Shown here one piece after another: positions 1 through 9,555 of a DNA stretch of 64,000 bases; within the stretch, counting starts at the first letter, position 1, and each line of letters begins with the position of its first letter. Under the pieces are notes generated by a model. It saw nothing but the letters and a program-made list of their open reading frames with translations. It was not told the origin of the DNA and made no database searches. Position numbers and translations under genes: made by a program. The DNA lies in sequence record MZ475891.1. One strand, written 5' to 3'.

Positions 1-533
1 GCGACCCGGGTAAGGTTAACTTCGCGCTGTCTGTCCAGGAGTTCAAGGACAAACGCATTACTGTTATAGGCACTCGCATGTTCCGCAGTCCTATACAGAA
101 CCTGCATTACGATATGCGTCAGCCCACAAAAGAGTTTCTTGCCGAGCTTGAGCTAATATGGAAACTCTACGGACCGTTCGATGCCATGTGCTTTGAGCGC
201 TTCCAGTCGCGTGGTCTTGGCGGCAACACCATTGAAGCTATCAGCCTCATGCTCGGTGTCATATCGTTCTTTGCGTTGAAGAAGAAATGCCCCCTTGATT
301 TAATCACTGCTAGTCAGTGGAAAAATGCTTTCAACCGCAGCATGGACCTTAAAGGCTATTATGCGGAATACAATTTGACGTCAAAGAAAAGCCAAAAAGC
401 AATTCATGAATTTGATGCGAGTCTCATTGGCGTCTATACCTTCTATCGACATTCAGAAATCAAACCGTTTGCAGGCTTCAATCGTATCATCGATGCGTAT
501 GTTCCACGATTCCTGGAAGCACCTGTTCTTTGA
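1..533 (+). CDS. Holliday junction resolvase, RuvC/poxvirus A22-like (5' truncated by window edge)
   Basis: Frame is open from nt 3: DPGKVNFALSV (RNase H-fold DPG motif), then CFERFQ and IHEFDASLIG; the start lies upstream of the window. Confidence 0.7.
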   Translation, partial: DPGKVNFALSVQEFKDKRITVIGTRMFRSPIQNLHYDMRQPTKEFLAELELIWKLYGPFDAMCFERFQSRGLGGNTIEAISLMLGVISFFALKKKCPLDLITASQWKNAFNRSMDLKGYYAEYNLTSKKSQKAIHEFDASLIGVYTFYRHSEIKPFAGFNRIIDAYVPRFLEAPVL

Positions 534-542
534 GGAAATGAA

Positions 543-878
543 ATGAGCATTGAACTTGAAACCCGTGTAATGAACATGCTGGCCGGCATTAGCCGTCATC
601 TGGTTAAGCTTGGTAAAGGTGATGTGGCTGCCTACCAAGATCGTTTCTTCTTTGAGCATTCATTCAGTACGCTGAACAAAGAAGACGACGAGACCGATGT
701 GGTCGCTGTGTTGCGCGAAAAGATTGTGGCAGAACTTGCCGTGCGTGATATTGCACTGGCCGAAGATTATCAGCCTGTACTTACCTACAGACCGATGATT
801 CTGCATCCGACAAACGAAGGTGAGTTCGTGTCGATCGTGGTTGGTTTCCCACTTGATGCACCAGTGGTCCTGCCATAA
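543..878 (+). CDS. hypothetical protein
   Basis: 111 aa ORF, GAGG RBS upstream. Confidence 0.75.
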   Translation: MSIELETRVMNMLAGISRHLVKLGKGDVAAYQDRFFFEHSFSTLNKEDDETDVVAVLREKIVAELAVRDIALAEDYQPVLTYRPMILHPTNEGEFVSIVVGFPLDAPVVLP

Positions 879-881
879 ATT

Positions 882-889
882 CTGTAAAT
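882..889 (+). promoter_or_regulatory. CTGTAAAT motif, candidate phage-sigma promoter
   Basis: Intergenic, 33 nt before ATG 923. Confidence 0.5.
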
Positions 890-922
890 GATCTTACTTG
901 GTTAACCTGTAGGATATTTGCG

Positions 923-1582
923 ATGGCGAAGTCAGTGAAAGAACGAAAAGCGGTTACGAAGATCGCTAAAACAAAGAAGGGAAAAATTCCTATTCGCATT
1001 ATCGAGGACACGCGCCCAATAGTCATTTGCCCCGAGATGGAAGACAAACCTCGTCCGTTTCGTTTTCGCGGTCAGTGCCCGATAACAACCTGCCAGTATT
1101 GCACACGCGAAACTGCAACTGGATGCATGTCGTTAGACCGCAAAGAGTCTTCCGATCGTTCTATCTCTAACCGCGAGATTGCGTACTATAAGCGTAGCCT
1201 CTTTCCTGAACTTAAAGAGATGGATCAGAAACAGTTGGACACGACTGTTCGACGGGCACAGACTCGTACCCGTACTGCTATCTGTCTCAATATGTTTATT
1301 GCCTCCGTTGATGATTCTGATTCTGATCGTTCATTTCAGTACGTGAAGGGCAGACACCCGTCAGTGGACAATGTGCATAACTACATGGTTCAAACCTTTA
1401 CCGACTACAGACCTTGGATGCTTGCATATCTTGATGATGAGAAGCGCTTCGAAGAACTGGTCGGTAAGATAGCAAATTCTGAATTTAATTTAGGTACAGC
1501 CTTGCGTCTTACGCCTCGTAAGTATCAGGTGTTCTGCAAAGCTCTAAACGACCTTAAACAATCTGGAGAAACCAATGAGTGA
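923..1582 (+). CDS. hypothetical protein with basic N-terminus and Cys cluster (CPITTCQYC...C)
   Basis: 219 aa ORF, AGGA RBS, preceded by CTGTAAAT motif. Confidence 0.75.
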   Translation: MAKSVKERKAVTKIAKTKKGKIPIRIIEDTRPIVICPEMEDKPRPFRFRGQCPITTCQYCTRETATGCMSLDRKESSDRSISNREIAYYKRSLFPELKEMDQKQLDTTVRRAQTRTRTAICLNMFIASVDDSDSDRSFQYVKGRHPSVDNVHNYMVQTFTDYRPWMLAYLDDEKRFEELVGKIANSEFNLGTALRLTPRKYQVFCKALNDLKQSGETNE

Positions 1583-3350
1583 TAACTTCATTACTCTTGA
1601 GCAATATCGCGCGATGATCGAACGCAACATCCTGACCGAACCCGCGATGTTAGTCAAGAACCAGACTCAGCCACTTGGGCGAATCATCTTCCAAGCGCTG
1701 GGCGACAACATGCAGATGAAGGACATCATTGTTCCTGACTCTCGCAATGCGATTGACCTGACTCAGCAAGCGCCGCTGTCTAACCTGCTGGCCAGCTCGC
1801 AACTCAAGTCGCTGATTCAGCTTCGCCGTCTGGTAATCTTGAATCCGGATGATATGCCTGCACCAGAGCAAGGCATTAAGAAGCCTACTCTTTCGCAAGA
1901 GCCTGTTGCTGGCGCTACCTCGATCGATGGTACCACGATTCCAAACGCGACTGTTATTGTTGAGCAAAACGGTAACGTCTGGACTGGTACTTCAAACGGT
2001 AGCGGTGCTTTCACTGTTGACGTGTCTGGTCTTGCAGAAGGTCCATTCAGCGTAACAGTCACTGCCGACAACTATGCGCCTTCGCGCTTCACTTACACTG
2101 CTGGTCCTCAGCCGTTGCAGCCGTACCCTGAACCTACTATTCATGCAGTCTTCAAAGAGACTCAGGTGACAGGTACTACTGTGGCTGACGCGAACATCGT
2201 CGTCGAATTCGGCGGCAAGTCGTTCACAGGTCAGGCTACTAACGCCGGGGACTTTACCGTACCAACTGACGCGCTGCCGTTCGATACCATCGTCGTCAAA
2301 TTTGTCGCTGAAGGTTATCTGGATGCGCAGCGTAGCGTCAACACTTCATCCGTACCAGGCACTGCTACCATCAGCGATCTCAAGTACCTCGTTACTGAAA
2401 TCAATGGTACTGCAAGCCCTAGCGCTCAAGTCGAAGTGCTGGTGGATGGTCAGTCTAATCAGATCGTTAACGCGAACACCGACGGCCTGTGGACTGCAAC
2501 CGTGCAGCCTGTCAAAGGCGATGTGAATATTCGCAGTCTGGAGGTTAGCGGCTACGACGAAGCAACTGCAACTGTTAAGCCGACCACCAACACCATGGGC
2601 GCAATCACTATCGATAACGCAGACCAGTTCGGTGAGAACGAAACTGTCGTTACAGGTACTGTTGCAGGTCTGGATGAGAACGCGACCGACGTTGCTGTGA
2701 CTGTCACTGTTCAGGCTGGCGTGTACGAAGGTACAGTCAATCTGTCTAACGGTACCTTCCGCGTTGAAGGCATCGATGCTAAAGCGGGTGTGGGTTCAAG
2801 TGGTGTCGTTGACATTACTTCGGCCTTCTACGAAGAAGCGTCCGAGTCGTTCACGATTCTGGAAGAGTTCTCTGTGCCGACTGTTACACAAGCACAGGAC
2901 GGTGATACTTCAATCAAGGGTCAGACCTCAGGGTCTACCACTGTGAAGATCACTATGGGAAGTGAAACGAAGCAAACATCTGCAACGCCTCAGGGTGATT
3001 TTGAAGTTACTGGCTTCACCAACGTTGCGCCTGGTGCACTCACTATCGAGCTGTCTAAGTCAGGCTATCTGACCAAAACTTCTCAAGTGACGCTGGTCGT
3101 TCGGGCGTACGGCATTGCTGATGCAGAACCTAAGGTAGATGATACCACAGTGTCTGGTCATGCAACGCAAGGTTCTACCGTTACCATTACTCAGGGTAGC
3201 GTAACTGGTGATGCACAAGCTGATGCGTCTACTGGTGAGTTCTCTGTAACTCTGTCTGGTCCGCTGACGGCAGGTGAGTTGCAATTCAAGGTGAGCCATG
3301 CTAACTACGTGGATTACACCGAAACTCTTACTGTGGCCGCTTCGGCCTAA
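1575..3350 (+). CDS. Ig-like (Big) repeat protein, probable virion decoration protein
   Basis: About six Thr/Val/Gly-rich ~80-90 aa repeats (TSIDGTTIPNATVIV, TQVTGTTVADANIVV, TEINGTASPSAQVEV, TSIKGQTSGSTTVKI, TTVSGHATQGSTVTI). Confidence 0.75.
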   Translation: MSDNFITLEQYRAMIERNILTEPAMLVKNQTQPLGRIIFQALGDNMQMKDIIVPDSRNAIDLTQQAPLSNLLASSQLKSLIQLRRLVILNPDDMPAPEQGIKKPTLSQEPVAGATSIDGTTIPNATVIVEQNGNVWTGTSNGSGAFTVDVSGLAEGPFSVTVTADNYAPSRFTYTAGPQPLQPYPEPTIHAVFKETQVTGTTVADANIVVEFGGKSFTGQATNAGDFTVPTDALPFDTIVVKFVAEGYLDAQRSVNTSSVPGTATISDLKYLVTEINGTASPSAQVEVLVDGQSNQIVNANTDGLWTATVQPVKGDVNIRSLEVSGYDEATATVKPTTNTMGAITIDNADQFGENETVVTGTVAGLDENATDVAVTVTVQAGVYEGTVNLSNGTFRVEGIDAKAGVGSSGVVDITSAFYEEASESFTILEEFSVPTVTQAQDGDTSIKGQTSGSTTVKITMGSETKQTSATPQGDFEVTGFTNVAPGALTIELSKSGYLTKTSQVTLVVRAYGIADAEPKVDDTTVSGHATQGSTVTITQGSVTGDAQADASTGEFSVTLSGPLTAGELQFKVSHANYVDYTETLTVAASA

Positions 3351-3353
3351 TGA

Positions 3354-3371
3354 AAGGGGCTTCGGCCCCTT
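3354..3371 (+). terminator. GC-rich hairpin with UUCG loop (terminator or stabilising hairpin)
   Basis: AAGGGGC-TTCG-GCCCCTT right after the stop codon; weak U-tract. Confidence 0.55.
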
Positions 3372-3397
3372 AATAAAACAATTTCTGGAGAAAGACC

Positions 3398-4072
3398 ATG
3401 ACAACCAAAGCCGCATCTTCAAGCAAAGTAAAGCCGATTACCCTGAACGCATACAACGAACGTTACAAAGACGACTCCGTTGCTTCGCTTTATGTACTGA
3501 ACCGTACTGAGCCGCGCGGTAACGTAGCATTCTCTGCTGTCAACGATCTGGGCCAGCCTATCGCCGTAGTAGTTCCAGCTACTTTCATTCCAATCGACCT
3601 GACCACTCAGGCGACTAAAGAAAGCCTGATGAAATCTACTCACTTCCGTCGTGCATTGAATCAGCGCCAGCTGGTCATTCTTGACAACGAAAGTGCAGAG
3701 AACTTCCTGCGCTCCAACCCTTTGGCTAAAACCGAAATGCGCAACCTGAGCCGCATCGACGGTCTGATTGCCAGCGATCTGAAAGAGATCGAAGGCTCTG
3801 ATGATCTGGAAGAAATCGATCTGGGTGGTGGCGGCGGTCGTAAGAAGATTCGCCACTTCGAAGGCGATAACATCTCGTCTAACCAGTTCGTTAACGCATT
3901 CATCTCTCGCGCCGCAGAAGACAGTCAAGAGTCTGATGAGAACCTTGAGCGTGAATTCCTGAACAAAGGTCTGAGCCTGCCTGTTGAAGAACTAGAGCTG
4001 CTGCGCAAGCACATCACCCGTCCTGCAATCGTTGAGCTGATCGTTCAGGCGCTGGACGAAGCCGAAGCGTAA
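3398..4072 (+). CDS. hypothetical protein sharing its N-terminal domain with the upstream Ig-repeat protein
   Basis: 224 aa ORF, GGAG RBS; NRTEPRGNVAF...IDLTTQA...RQLVILD aligns with NQTQPLGRIIF...IDLTQQA...RRLVILN. Confidence 0.8.
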   Translation: MTTKAASSSKVKPITLNAYNERYKDDSVASLYVLNRTEPRGNVAFSAVNDLGQPIAVVVPATFIPIDLTTQATKESLMKSTHFRRALNQRQLVILDNESAENFLRSNPLAKTEMRNLSRIDGLIASDLKEIEGSDDLEEIDLGGGGGRKKIRHFEGDNISSNQFVNAFISRAAEDSQESDENLEREFLNKGLSLPVEELELLRKHITRPAIVELIVQALDEAEA

Positions 4073-4092
4073 TCGTTCAAAAGCATTTAGAC

Positions 4093-4133
4093 AAAAAAAA
4101 TGGGAGGCCCCGAAAGGAGTCTCCCATTTTTGT
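4093..4133. terminator. bidirectional intrinsic terminator between convergent genes
   Basis: A8-TGGGAGGC..GAAA..GTCTCCCA-T5 between a + gene ending at 4072 and the - strand primase ending at 4236. Confidence 0.8.
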
Positions 4134-4235
4134 TACAGCAACTTATTTTTCTGCTCTGCTCTAATAGCACGTTCTATGCGCGTATTGCCTAGATAACGAA
4201 AGTAACTAAGACGAATAGAAGTCTGGTGCTCACGT

Positions 4236-5342
4236 TCACGTAGATCTGCGAGCGTGTGACTTTTGAACCTTCTTCTTGGCTTTAGCGCCATCTTTCTTTT
4301 CCTCTTTTATCGGACGTGCCCAACCCAACTCTTTAGCAGGAACAAAACAGTTCTTGCCGTGAATCTCTCGGAGAAGTTCTTTGACTTCCTTGATGATCTG
4401 CATACTTGCATTATCAGGGTCGAGCTTAATCAGCTTGCCGTCTTCATCGAACTCACGAGGTAATTTGAAATGCTTAACTTGCAGTGGTGAGTTACGATCA
4501 AACTCTGCTTTTATTTTGTTGCGGAGCATCTTACCTGCTGCATCGTTATCTGTCATCGTGTAGACAACGCTGATGCCTAACATCTCAATCGTTCTGCGTT
4601 TCGTTTCACCGAACTGCTCTGCGCCCAACACAGCGACTGCTGGAATGCCATACGACAATAGCGCAAGCGCATCACGAGGACCTTCAACGATCACAATGTA
4701 CTTGAGCTTGTATTTCTTCAAACACTCTTTCGCTAACTGCAATGGGAACAGGCCTTTATCCTTTGCCCAATCACCTTGCGAGTTTACATAGCTGGTGCCG
4801 TTCATCTGCTTTCTCAGATACGCAGCGATACCACCTATGTACTTTGTACCATGCTTACACGGAAAGAAACAAATGCTTGTGCCTGTGCGCTGTGCATTTA
4901 ACAAACCACCAGCAGCACGAACAAGCGCTCCAGGATATCCGCGCCATTCTTCGTCGAGTGGCCAATCAAGATAGCTGTTACGTCCGAGCGCTTTCATCAA
5001 CAGACCAACTGACGGGTAAGTACCAATCTTCTGACCTATCTGCTCATACGTTCTGAGCAACGCACTTAACGAGTTCGTGCCAGCATCTTTAATCGCCCAG
5101 CCTTTGATCTCTTGGAGCTTCGCGTGCTGTGCTAACTTGTTCCAGCCGCCTTTCTCTCCGCAACCAAAACAGTGGAAGAAACCTAGCGGTATCTCCATAC
5201 CCACAGAAGTGTAAATACCACAACTAGGAGTCTTATCACTGTGGAAGGGACAACACACCATGATAGTGTCGCCGTTATATTTCTTATCGCCGGGTATCTT
5301 GCCTATTTCATCAAGAATTATCTGATGGACATCTTCTGCCAT
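4236..5342 (-). CDS. dnaG: DNA primase (CHC2 zinc finger + TOPRIM)
   Basis: CCPFHSDKTPSC...FHCFGCG zinc-binding domain; IVIVEGPRDAL and MTDNDAAG TOPRIM motifs; start moved to ATG 5342 behind AGAGGA. Confidence 0.9.
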   Translation of the reverse strand: MAEDVHQIILDEIGKIPGDKKYNGDTIMVCCPFHSDKTPSCGIYTSVGMEIPLGFFHCFGCGEKGGWNKLAQHAKLQEIKGWAIKDAGTNSLSALLRTYEQIGQKIGTYPSVGLLMKALGRNSYLDWPLDEEWRGYPGALVRAAGGLLNAQRTGTSICFFPCKHGTKYIGGIAAYLRKQMNGTSYVNSQGDWAKDKGLFPLQLAKECLKKYKLKYIVIVEGPRDALALLSYGIPAVAVLGAEQFGETKRRTIEMLGISVVYTMTDNDAAGKMLRNKIKAEFDRNSPLQVKHFKLPREFDEDGKLIKLDPDNASMQIIKEVKELLREIHGKNCFVPAKELGWARPIKEEKKDGAKAKKKVQKSHARRST

Positions 5343-5382
5343 ACCATCCTCTACTTGCTTCGTAATTTGAGCATATACGCAC

Positions 5383-5390
5383 ATTTACAG
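5383..5390 (-). promoter_or_regulatory. CTGTAAAT motif on the - strand upstream of primase
   Basis: Orientation follows the only - strand gene; 40 nt before ATG 5342. Confidence 0.55.
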
Positions 5391-5404
5391 TTTCTGGAGC
5401 TATC

Positions 5405-5740
5405 ATGAGCAATCAGCATCGCTACGTTGCATCTGCGCAACGCCGCTTCTATTCGAAGAACTGGTTGGAGTTTTGTGATCTTATTCGAGTAGAGCCGCAG
5501 AAGATTGGCGCTTTCAACAAACAGGGTGATTTGATTGGTCTCCAGTTGCCTGTTGATTTTGACTACACGACTGCGACAAAAAGCCTGCGCCTGATGTACG
5601 CTGTCAAGGAGGAAGGTGTCGATATGCGCTGCTACCTGTTTGGTGCTCGCTACTACAAGTTCGTTTTCTTTGAAAAAACAATTGCCGTAAGCGAGGAAGA
5701 ATATGAGATCGTTAGCCAACGTTCCAGCGCGAGTCAATGA
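5405..5740 (+). CDS. hypothetical protein
   Basis: 111 aa ORF with GGAG RBS, divergent from primase. Confidence 0.7.
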   Translation: MSNQHRYVASAQRRFYSKNWLEFCDLIRVEPQKIGAFNKQGDLIGLQLPVDFDYTTATKSLRLMYAVKEEGVDMRCYLFGARYYKFVFFEKTIAVSEEEYEIVSQRSSASQ

Positions 5741-6788
5741 CACACGGAAGCTGTCACGCATCGGTAAGATGATCGACGCTGCACTTGACGTTAAGATTCA
5801 GGAGAAGCGTTGGCCAAAGAAGCGTGTTAGTCCGTCAATGTTCCCTATCTGTCCGATTCAGGAAACTGCCAAGCTCATCTATCAGAAACACAACAACGCA
5901 ATGACGGGTGAGTCTGGTACGCTGCTGAACATCTTTGCGAAAGCAGGTACGGGGATGCACGAAGCGATTCAGAATGCTCTGGGTCATAGTGGTCAGATGG
6001 TAGGCCACTGGAAGTGCACCAACGAAAAGTGTGAGGAGTACCCGAAGACTAAAGGCAAGATGGTCGATGGCAAATACAAGAAGGGCAAGTACACGCGCAC
6101 TAAAAGCACGAACAACCGCTGCCCTTGTTGCGATCAGCCAATGGCTTATGCTGAACTAAAGGTACTGTACAAAACTCTCAAGGGATATGTCGATGGACTT
6201 GTCGATAACCTTGACGGCACGTACAGCCTGATCGATTTGAAGTCAACGATGATCACGAAAGCACAGGACGGCACGTTCTTTGTCAAGTACCATCGCTTCC
6301 AGATTGCAACCTATGCCTATCTGCTCAAGAAGCGCTATGGCTATAACATCGTTGACTACACTCTGGTCTATGTTCCACGCGACAACCCTAAGAAGTTTGT
6401 CGAGAAGACCTTTGTGTTTGACGAAGAAGAAGCAAAACGCGCCAAAGACTTTATGATGGTGCAGATACGCGCTTGGGATGCTGCGGTAAAATCGGCTGCT
6501 ACTGGCGACCTGATGCCTGCTATCAAACGCAAGCCATGCAAGAGCGCCGAGTATTATTGGGATGAGTTTCACGGCTACGACACTTGTCCGTTTGTAGATC
6601 ATTGCTTTATTCAATCACACATGATCGACTTCATGAAGAAGTTAGAACAGCGAATCATGGCTAACCCCGAACTGACGTACACGGAAATCATTACGACAGG
6701 TCGGAAAACTCAACAACAAGGATTGCTCCCGGACAAGAAACCGAAGTCAGGTCGTCCGAAGCATATCGTAAAAACATTTGAGCTATGA
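5703..6788 (+). CDS. PD-(D/E)xK nuclease (Cas4/RecB-like exonuclease) with Cys pairs
   Basis: GTGMHEAIQ, LKGYVDGLVD, LIDLKS, FQIATYAYLL motifs; C-terminal C..CPFVDHC. Confidence 0.8.
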   Translation: MRSLANVPARVNDTRKLSRIGKMIDAALDVKIQEKRWPKKRVSPSMFPICPIQETAKLIYQKHNNAMTGESGTLLNIFAKAGTGMHEAIQNALGHSGQMVGHWKCTNEKCEEYPKTKGKMVDGKYKKGKYTRTKSTNNRCPCCDQPMAYAELKVLYKTLKGYVDGLVDNLDGTYSLIDLKSTMITKAQDGTFFVKYHRFQIATYAYLLKKRYGYNIVDYTLVYVPRDNPKKFVEKTFVFDEEEAKRAKDFMMVQIRAWDAAVKSAATGDLMPAIKRKPCKSAEYYWDEFHGYDTCPFVDHCFIQSHMIDFMKKLEQRIMANPELTYTEIITTGRKTQQQGLLPDKKPKSGRPKHIVKTFEL

Positions 6789-7195
6789 GCATCGAAAGAG
6801 ATTATGAACGTTCTGCGCGAAGACTTAAGGAGTCTGTCCGACGCATGGAACAACTCGGTTACGTTGTTCCTCACTGCGTTGTTTTAGTTCTGGCCAAGCT
6901 GCGGCCACCCAAAGAGGTGGTGTCGAGAAAGTACCTCGTTATTCTGATGTTGTTCAGTCAGACTTGTGAGACGCTGGGTGCTACCTTGACTATGCGTGAG
7001 CAGCTTGTGGTTAAACTGACTATCTTAGGTCGTAAGCATCCAACGCCAGAGATTACGCGCAAACAACAGCGCATTGATCAGCTGGTAATATCGCAAGACA
7101 AGATCATTGAGAGCAACCTCGATCTGCTTGCGTATCGTTCGGAGATACTGCTGGCAATTCTCAGTGGCGAAGATCCAAAATCACGATACATTTGA
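6785..7195 (+). CDS. hypothetical protein
   Basis: 136 aa ORF, ATGA-type overlap with the previous stop. Confidence 0.7.
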   Translation: MSIERDYERSARRLKESVRRMEQLGYVVPHCVVLVLAKLRPPKEVVSRKYLVILMLFSQTCETLGATLTMREQLVVKLTILGRKHPTPEITRKQQRIDQLVISQDKIIESNLDLLAYRSEILLAILSGEDPKSRYI

Positions 7196-7203
7196 GGTAA
7201 TAT

Positions 7204-7668
7204 ATGACCATCGTTTATATCAGCCTGAGTCAAACGTCTTCGGATAAGAACCGAGACCGTGTCTCAAGCCCTGAGTCAAACACTGGACGTGTTGACGTGT
7301 CTGAATATGCTTCTCTTGAGAAGAAATTGCGCCTCACAGAAGAAGCCAAGGACAAAGAGAAACTTGCACAGAAAGCTGGTGGCGGGGATTCTGTAAAGAA
7401 TAAGAAAGCCAAGCCTAAAGCAGATGATGCAGGAGGAGATGATGATGCCAAGGATGATGACGCAAGTTTCGACGACTTCGATACTGGAGATGACGAAGAT
7501 GATGCAGATTCCGACGCTTCGAACGGAAAGAAATCTAACAAAGCCAAGGGCGGCAAAGACAAGTCAGAAGAAACTGACGGCGGAGAACCCTCAAGTGAAG
7601 ATGGGGATGATTCTGCTGAAGGAGATGATGACGGCTCCGACGACGACTTTGAAGACGAAGACGCCTGA
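7204..7668 (+). CDS. low-complexity protein with alternating Lys-rich and Asp/Glu-rich segments
   Basis: 154 aa ORF, GAGGT RBS; composition read directly. Confidence 0.7.
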   Translation: MTIVYISLSQTSSDKNRDRVSSPESNTGRVDVSEYASLEKKLRLTEEAKDKEKLAQKAGGGDSVKNKKAKPKADDAGGDDDAKDDDASFDDFDTGDDEDDADSDASNGKKSNKAKGGKDKSEETDGGEPSSEDGDDSAEGDDDGSDDDFEDEDA

Positions 7669-7684
7669 GGAAGCATACGAAGAA

Positions 7685-8143
7685 ATGCGTGACATACTGA
7701 TCGCTATTCAGTATATGTGTGTCAAGCGCATGGTCTTCCCGATTGTCACTGCCCGCATTGAGCAGAAGAATGGTTTCTTGGTAATGCACGCCATGCGTTT
7801 CAATGTCAGTCCCAAGAAATTCTTCGAAGCTATTAATGAGCGCAACGGTCAGATCAATTGTGTCTGGCTGCTGCGTGCGTTCACTCGTACTGCAATCAGT
7901 TATGGCCTCAAGCCTGTGATCGTCGAGAAGCTGAATGAGTACCAAGCGTTCAGCTCTCGTTTCTTTGATCACTCGGATGTAGACCTGACGTATCGTCGTC
8001 AGTACGATTACCGTGAACTGGCAATTCTGGCAGAGCATCCCAAACCTCGAATTTATACGCTGAATGGAGTTGATTACGATGGCGTACAAATCCCAAGCAA
8101 AGAAACCCAAGAAGTCGAAAGCCGCGAAAGAAGCGGAAGTTAG
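7685..8143 (+). CDS. hypothetical protein
   Basis: Globular-looking 3' part of track ORF 7424..8143; start uncertain. Confidence 0.55.
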   Translation: MRDILIAIQYMCVKRMVFPIVTARIEQKNGFLVMHAMRFNVSPKKFFEAINERNGQINCVWLLRAFTRTAISYGLKPVIVEKLNEYQAFSSRFFDHSDVDLTYRRQYDYRELAILAEHPKPRIYTLNGVDYDGVQIPSKETQEVESRERSGS

Positions 8144-8735
8144 ACAGAAAGCGCACAAGCAAGCGCGTTCGGGTAAGCTCGGTAAAGCAGTAAAAACAAT
8201 GAGTGCGGCGTCCGCAAAAAGTCGTCGTATGACCAAAGGCGAGAAGCGTGCTGTAATGCTTACGCCGTTCAAAGCACAGGTTGTTCCCCAGCCTCCTAAA
8301 ACTCCTCTGATGGATAAAGGTCTGTCGCTGAATGCTCTCATCAAGTCAACCCCACGACTGATGAAAGAGAATGCGATGGAGTGTTATGTGAACTCAGTCA
8401 AGCGTGGCAAGACACCGAAAGGTTTGCCTTTCATTCAAGCCAACGTCAGACACAAAGACCCACTGCGTCCTAACAAGACCGTGCGCATTCACAAGCCGAT
8501 GATTGTTGGCCTTGATGATCCCTACAAGCCGATTTCAAAGCAGAAGCGTGTGCTGGTCAGTTGTCCGTGTGAGAACTTTGTGTTCATGTGGGAATACGCT
8601 GATGCCGAACACGGCGCTGCGCGTATCATCTACGGTAACGGCGAACCGCCTGACTTTACTAACCCCGGTCGTGCTCCAGGTCTGTGCAAACACCTGATGG
8701 CTTTAGCTGATCAAGTAAAACTGCACGGAGACTAA
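8079..8735 (+). CDS. SWIM zinc-finger protein with basic N-terminus
   Basis: VSCPCENF...LCKHLMAL (CxC...CxH); GGAG RBS before ATG 8079. Confidence 0.7.
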   Translation: MAYKSQAKKPKKSKAAKEAEVRQKAHKQARSGKLGKAVKTMSAASAKSRRMTKGEKRAVMLTPFKAQVVPQPPKTPLMDKGLSLNALIKSTPRLMKENAMECYVNSVKRGKTPKGLPFIQANVRHKDPLRPNKTVRIHKPMIVGLDDPYKPISKQKRVLVSCPCENFVFMWEYADAEHGAARIIYGNGEPPDFTNPGRAPGLCKHLMALADQVKLHGD

Positions 8736-8737
8736 GT

Positions 8738-9271
8738 TTGGATATTTTCACCTCTGATACCCACTACGCATCACAGCGAACTCTGGAGTTTAGTCGTCGT
8801 CCATTTGCGAACGTATCTGAAATGGATAGAACAATGCTGGACCGTTGCAATGCTGTAGCAACGCGTGAAGACACGCTATACCATGTTGGCGACTTCGGTG
8901 CTTACGAAATGGTGAAGTACATCAATGCGCCTGTCATTTTGATTTGCGGAAACTACGAAATCAATGACATGCACAAACAGTTCAACTCGGACTTTGATGC
9001 GTTTCGTGATCACCTACGTCGTCTGGGATTCAAAGACGTTATCCGTGATAGTCTGGAGGTTGGGGACATGCACCTCAATCATTATCCTACTAAACGTAGC
9101 CGAACGAAGTTCAGCCTGTTCGGTCACATTCACGGTTTGCAGATGGTCAAACGCGGGGCACTAAATGTCGGCGTTGATTGTCACCACTATGCGCCAGTAG
9201 ATGCTGGTCGCCTTGCGTTCTTCCGTAACGCTATCGAAACGCATTACGACGAAGACGTGTTCGGACCTTAA
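8738..9271 (+). CDS. calcineurin-like metallophosphoesterase
   Basis: TSDTHY, HVGDFG, CGNYE, LNHYP, FGHIH motifs; TTG start behind GGAG. Confidence 0.85.
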   Translation: MDIFTSDTHYASQRTLEFSRRPFANVSEMDRTMLDRCNAVATREDTLYHVGDFGAYEMVKYINAPVILICGNYEINDMHKQFNSDFDAFRDHLRRLGFKDVIRDSLEVGDMHLNHYPTKRSRTKFSLFGHIHGLQMVKRGALNVGVDCHHYAPVDAGRLAFFRNAIETHYDEDVFGP

Positions 9272-9285
9272 CGGAGAGTAATACC

Positions 9286-9555
9286 ATGTTCTTTAAAAAT
9301 CCTGTTGGCGGTATCATCCCCAGCTTTCCTATTCAACATACCATCGTTGATATGGAGCGCAGAGTATCAGAGCTGTACGGCGAGTTACGCGCTGCTGGCT
9401 GCAAAGTCGTTCAGGAGCTCGACTGTTTGTACATCGAAGTTCCGCACGGCGTTAATGTTGACCCGATCATGAAGCGTCATGAGGAGATGTTCACCAGCAT
9501 CACTTCAAAGCCTGGTCGTCTGAGTCTAGGAGATGAAGATGAAGAAGAAATTTAA
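9286..9555 (+). CDS. hypothetical protein
   Basis: 89 aa ORF, GGAG RBS. Confidence 0.7.
   Translation: MFFKNPVGGIIPSFPIQHTIVDMERRVSELYGELRAAGCKVVQELDCLYIEVPHGVNVDPIMKRHEEMFTSITSKPGRLSLGDEDEEEI

Noticed and set aside
5703-6788. Cas4 as part of a CRISPR system
   Set aside because: No repeat-spacer array or other cas genes in the window; stand-alone Cas4-like nucleases are common in phages
7424-7684. Programmed frameshift fusing 7204..7668 to 7685..8143
   Set aside because: The long overlap is explained by GAT/GAC repeats reading ATG/ACG in the +1 frame with no stops; no slippery site seen
7535-8344. Long - strand ORFs (e.g. 7535..8344, 30373..31131, 37876..38514, 57539..58138, 62704..63303)
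   Set aside because: Antisense shadows of well-supported + strand genes; no RBS, promoter or recognisable motifs
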